A stretch of 63,950 nucleotides of DNA, counting the filler, from Reclinomonas americana ATCC 50394 (lineage: Eukaryota): the NCBI GenBank assembly GCA_048213135.1. It is 9 parts of 6 records of this genome, joined end to end, with 100 filler letters (N's around TTAATTAATTAA, not from the genome) between each part and the next. Parts side by side here need not be neighbours in the genome. Positions count along the whole stretch, not along the records: positions 62,889 to 63,950 come from PS015927.1; 8 more parts are not named here. One strand, written 5' to 3'. A program made the translations under genes and the position numbers. This document shows, in pieces, positions 63,303 to 63,950 of this stretch (positions within the stretch are counted from its first letter, which is position 1; each line of letters opens with the position of its first letter). The notes below the pieces were generated by a model. That model saw nothing but the letters and a program-made list of their open reading frames with translations. It searched no databases and had not been told where the DNA came from.

Positions 63303-63950
63303 CTATATTATGACACAACACACGTCGTTACAGCACGACGTTCGTCGCTTCTGCTCTTTTCGATCGTGCTCCGCACGTGCCAGCTCCTGTGCGAGGGTGG
63401 GATCGTGCGGGTCCAACTCGCGTGCGCGTTGCAGATCGATTACGGCGGCGGAGAAGTGCGTCATGGCGCATAGTGCTCGAGCGCGTGCGCGCAGCACGCC
63501 AACGTCGTCGGGCACCAGATGTAGCGCCCGTTCAAAGTCAAGCACGGCCTCGCGATGCTGACCGAGCTCCTGTGAGCGCAGTACACCGCGCTGGTGTGCA
63601 CGGAATCGTGAGCAGGGGAAAAAGAGCCGAGCGATGAAGCGAAGCGACGTACATTGTACCACGCCACCTGCAGCGCCGGATCGAACTGAATGGCCCTGTC
63701 GTAGTCTGTGCGCGAAGAAAGACATGAGAACCGAGTGTGGGACCTCTCGACTGAGCGCAGTGCAGTCTCACCATGCAGGGCATCCTTGTGCTTGCGCATC
63801 TGTTGGAAAACGACGGCCCGATGCAAGCGCGCAATGGCGTGCTTGCGATGTAACCTGATCACATCGTTGAGGTCGGTCTGTGCCCGCCTGCAAGTGACAT
63901 GTCAGCATACATCACCCAGCGGCATGCATGCTTCTGCACACACACACACA
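63303..63950 (-). CDS. TPR-repeat protein ending in a CaaX box (5' end outside window)
   Basis: DYDRAIQFDP, AWYNRG, AVLDFERALHLVP, AVIDLQRARELDP; ends SCCNDVCCVII*. Confidence 0.85.

Overview
GC-rich, gene-dense eukaryotic (protist-like) scaffold with about 28 intron-rich genes. Introns are mostly 55-90 nt GT-AG, (CA)n/(CT)n microsatellites are common, and contigs are joined by N-gaps, eight of which carry an artificial TTAATTAATTAA linker. The ORF track is mostly exon fragments, so genes were rebuilt by hand-splicing. Recognisable products: SYCP2/Red1-like meiotic axis protein, MORN protein, ICME-like esterase, nocturnin-like phosphatase, BTB, EF-hand, highly repetitive WD40, twin-CX9C protein, two Atg22/UMF1 MFS transporters, a triple-domain purine nucleoside phosphorylase, FCP1/NIF-family phosphatase, condensin CAP-D2, cystathionine gamma-lyase, DCAF8-like WD40, GH3 glycosidase with a PAN/apple-like insert, a candidate CxxU selenoprotein, Efg1, gamma-glutamyl phosphate reductase and a TPR-CaaX protein. 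The most unusual signals are: (1) a five-member family of microexon-built ~55-aa MG-start peptides with a RHIM-like beta motif, clustered around a hypervariable WD40 gene; (2) an abundant class of +1-shifted GTTNCG splice donors; (3) a single-chain pseudo-trimeric PNP; (4) a hidden selenoprotein; (5) a conserved 3-nt microexon. All family assignments come from motif recognition, not database searches.
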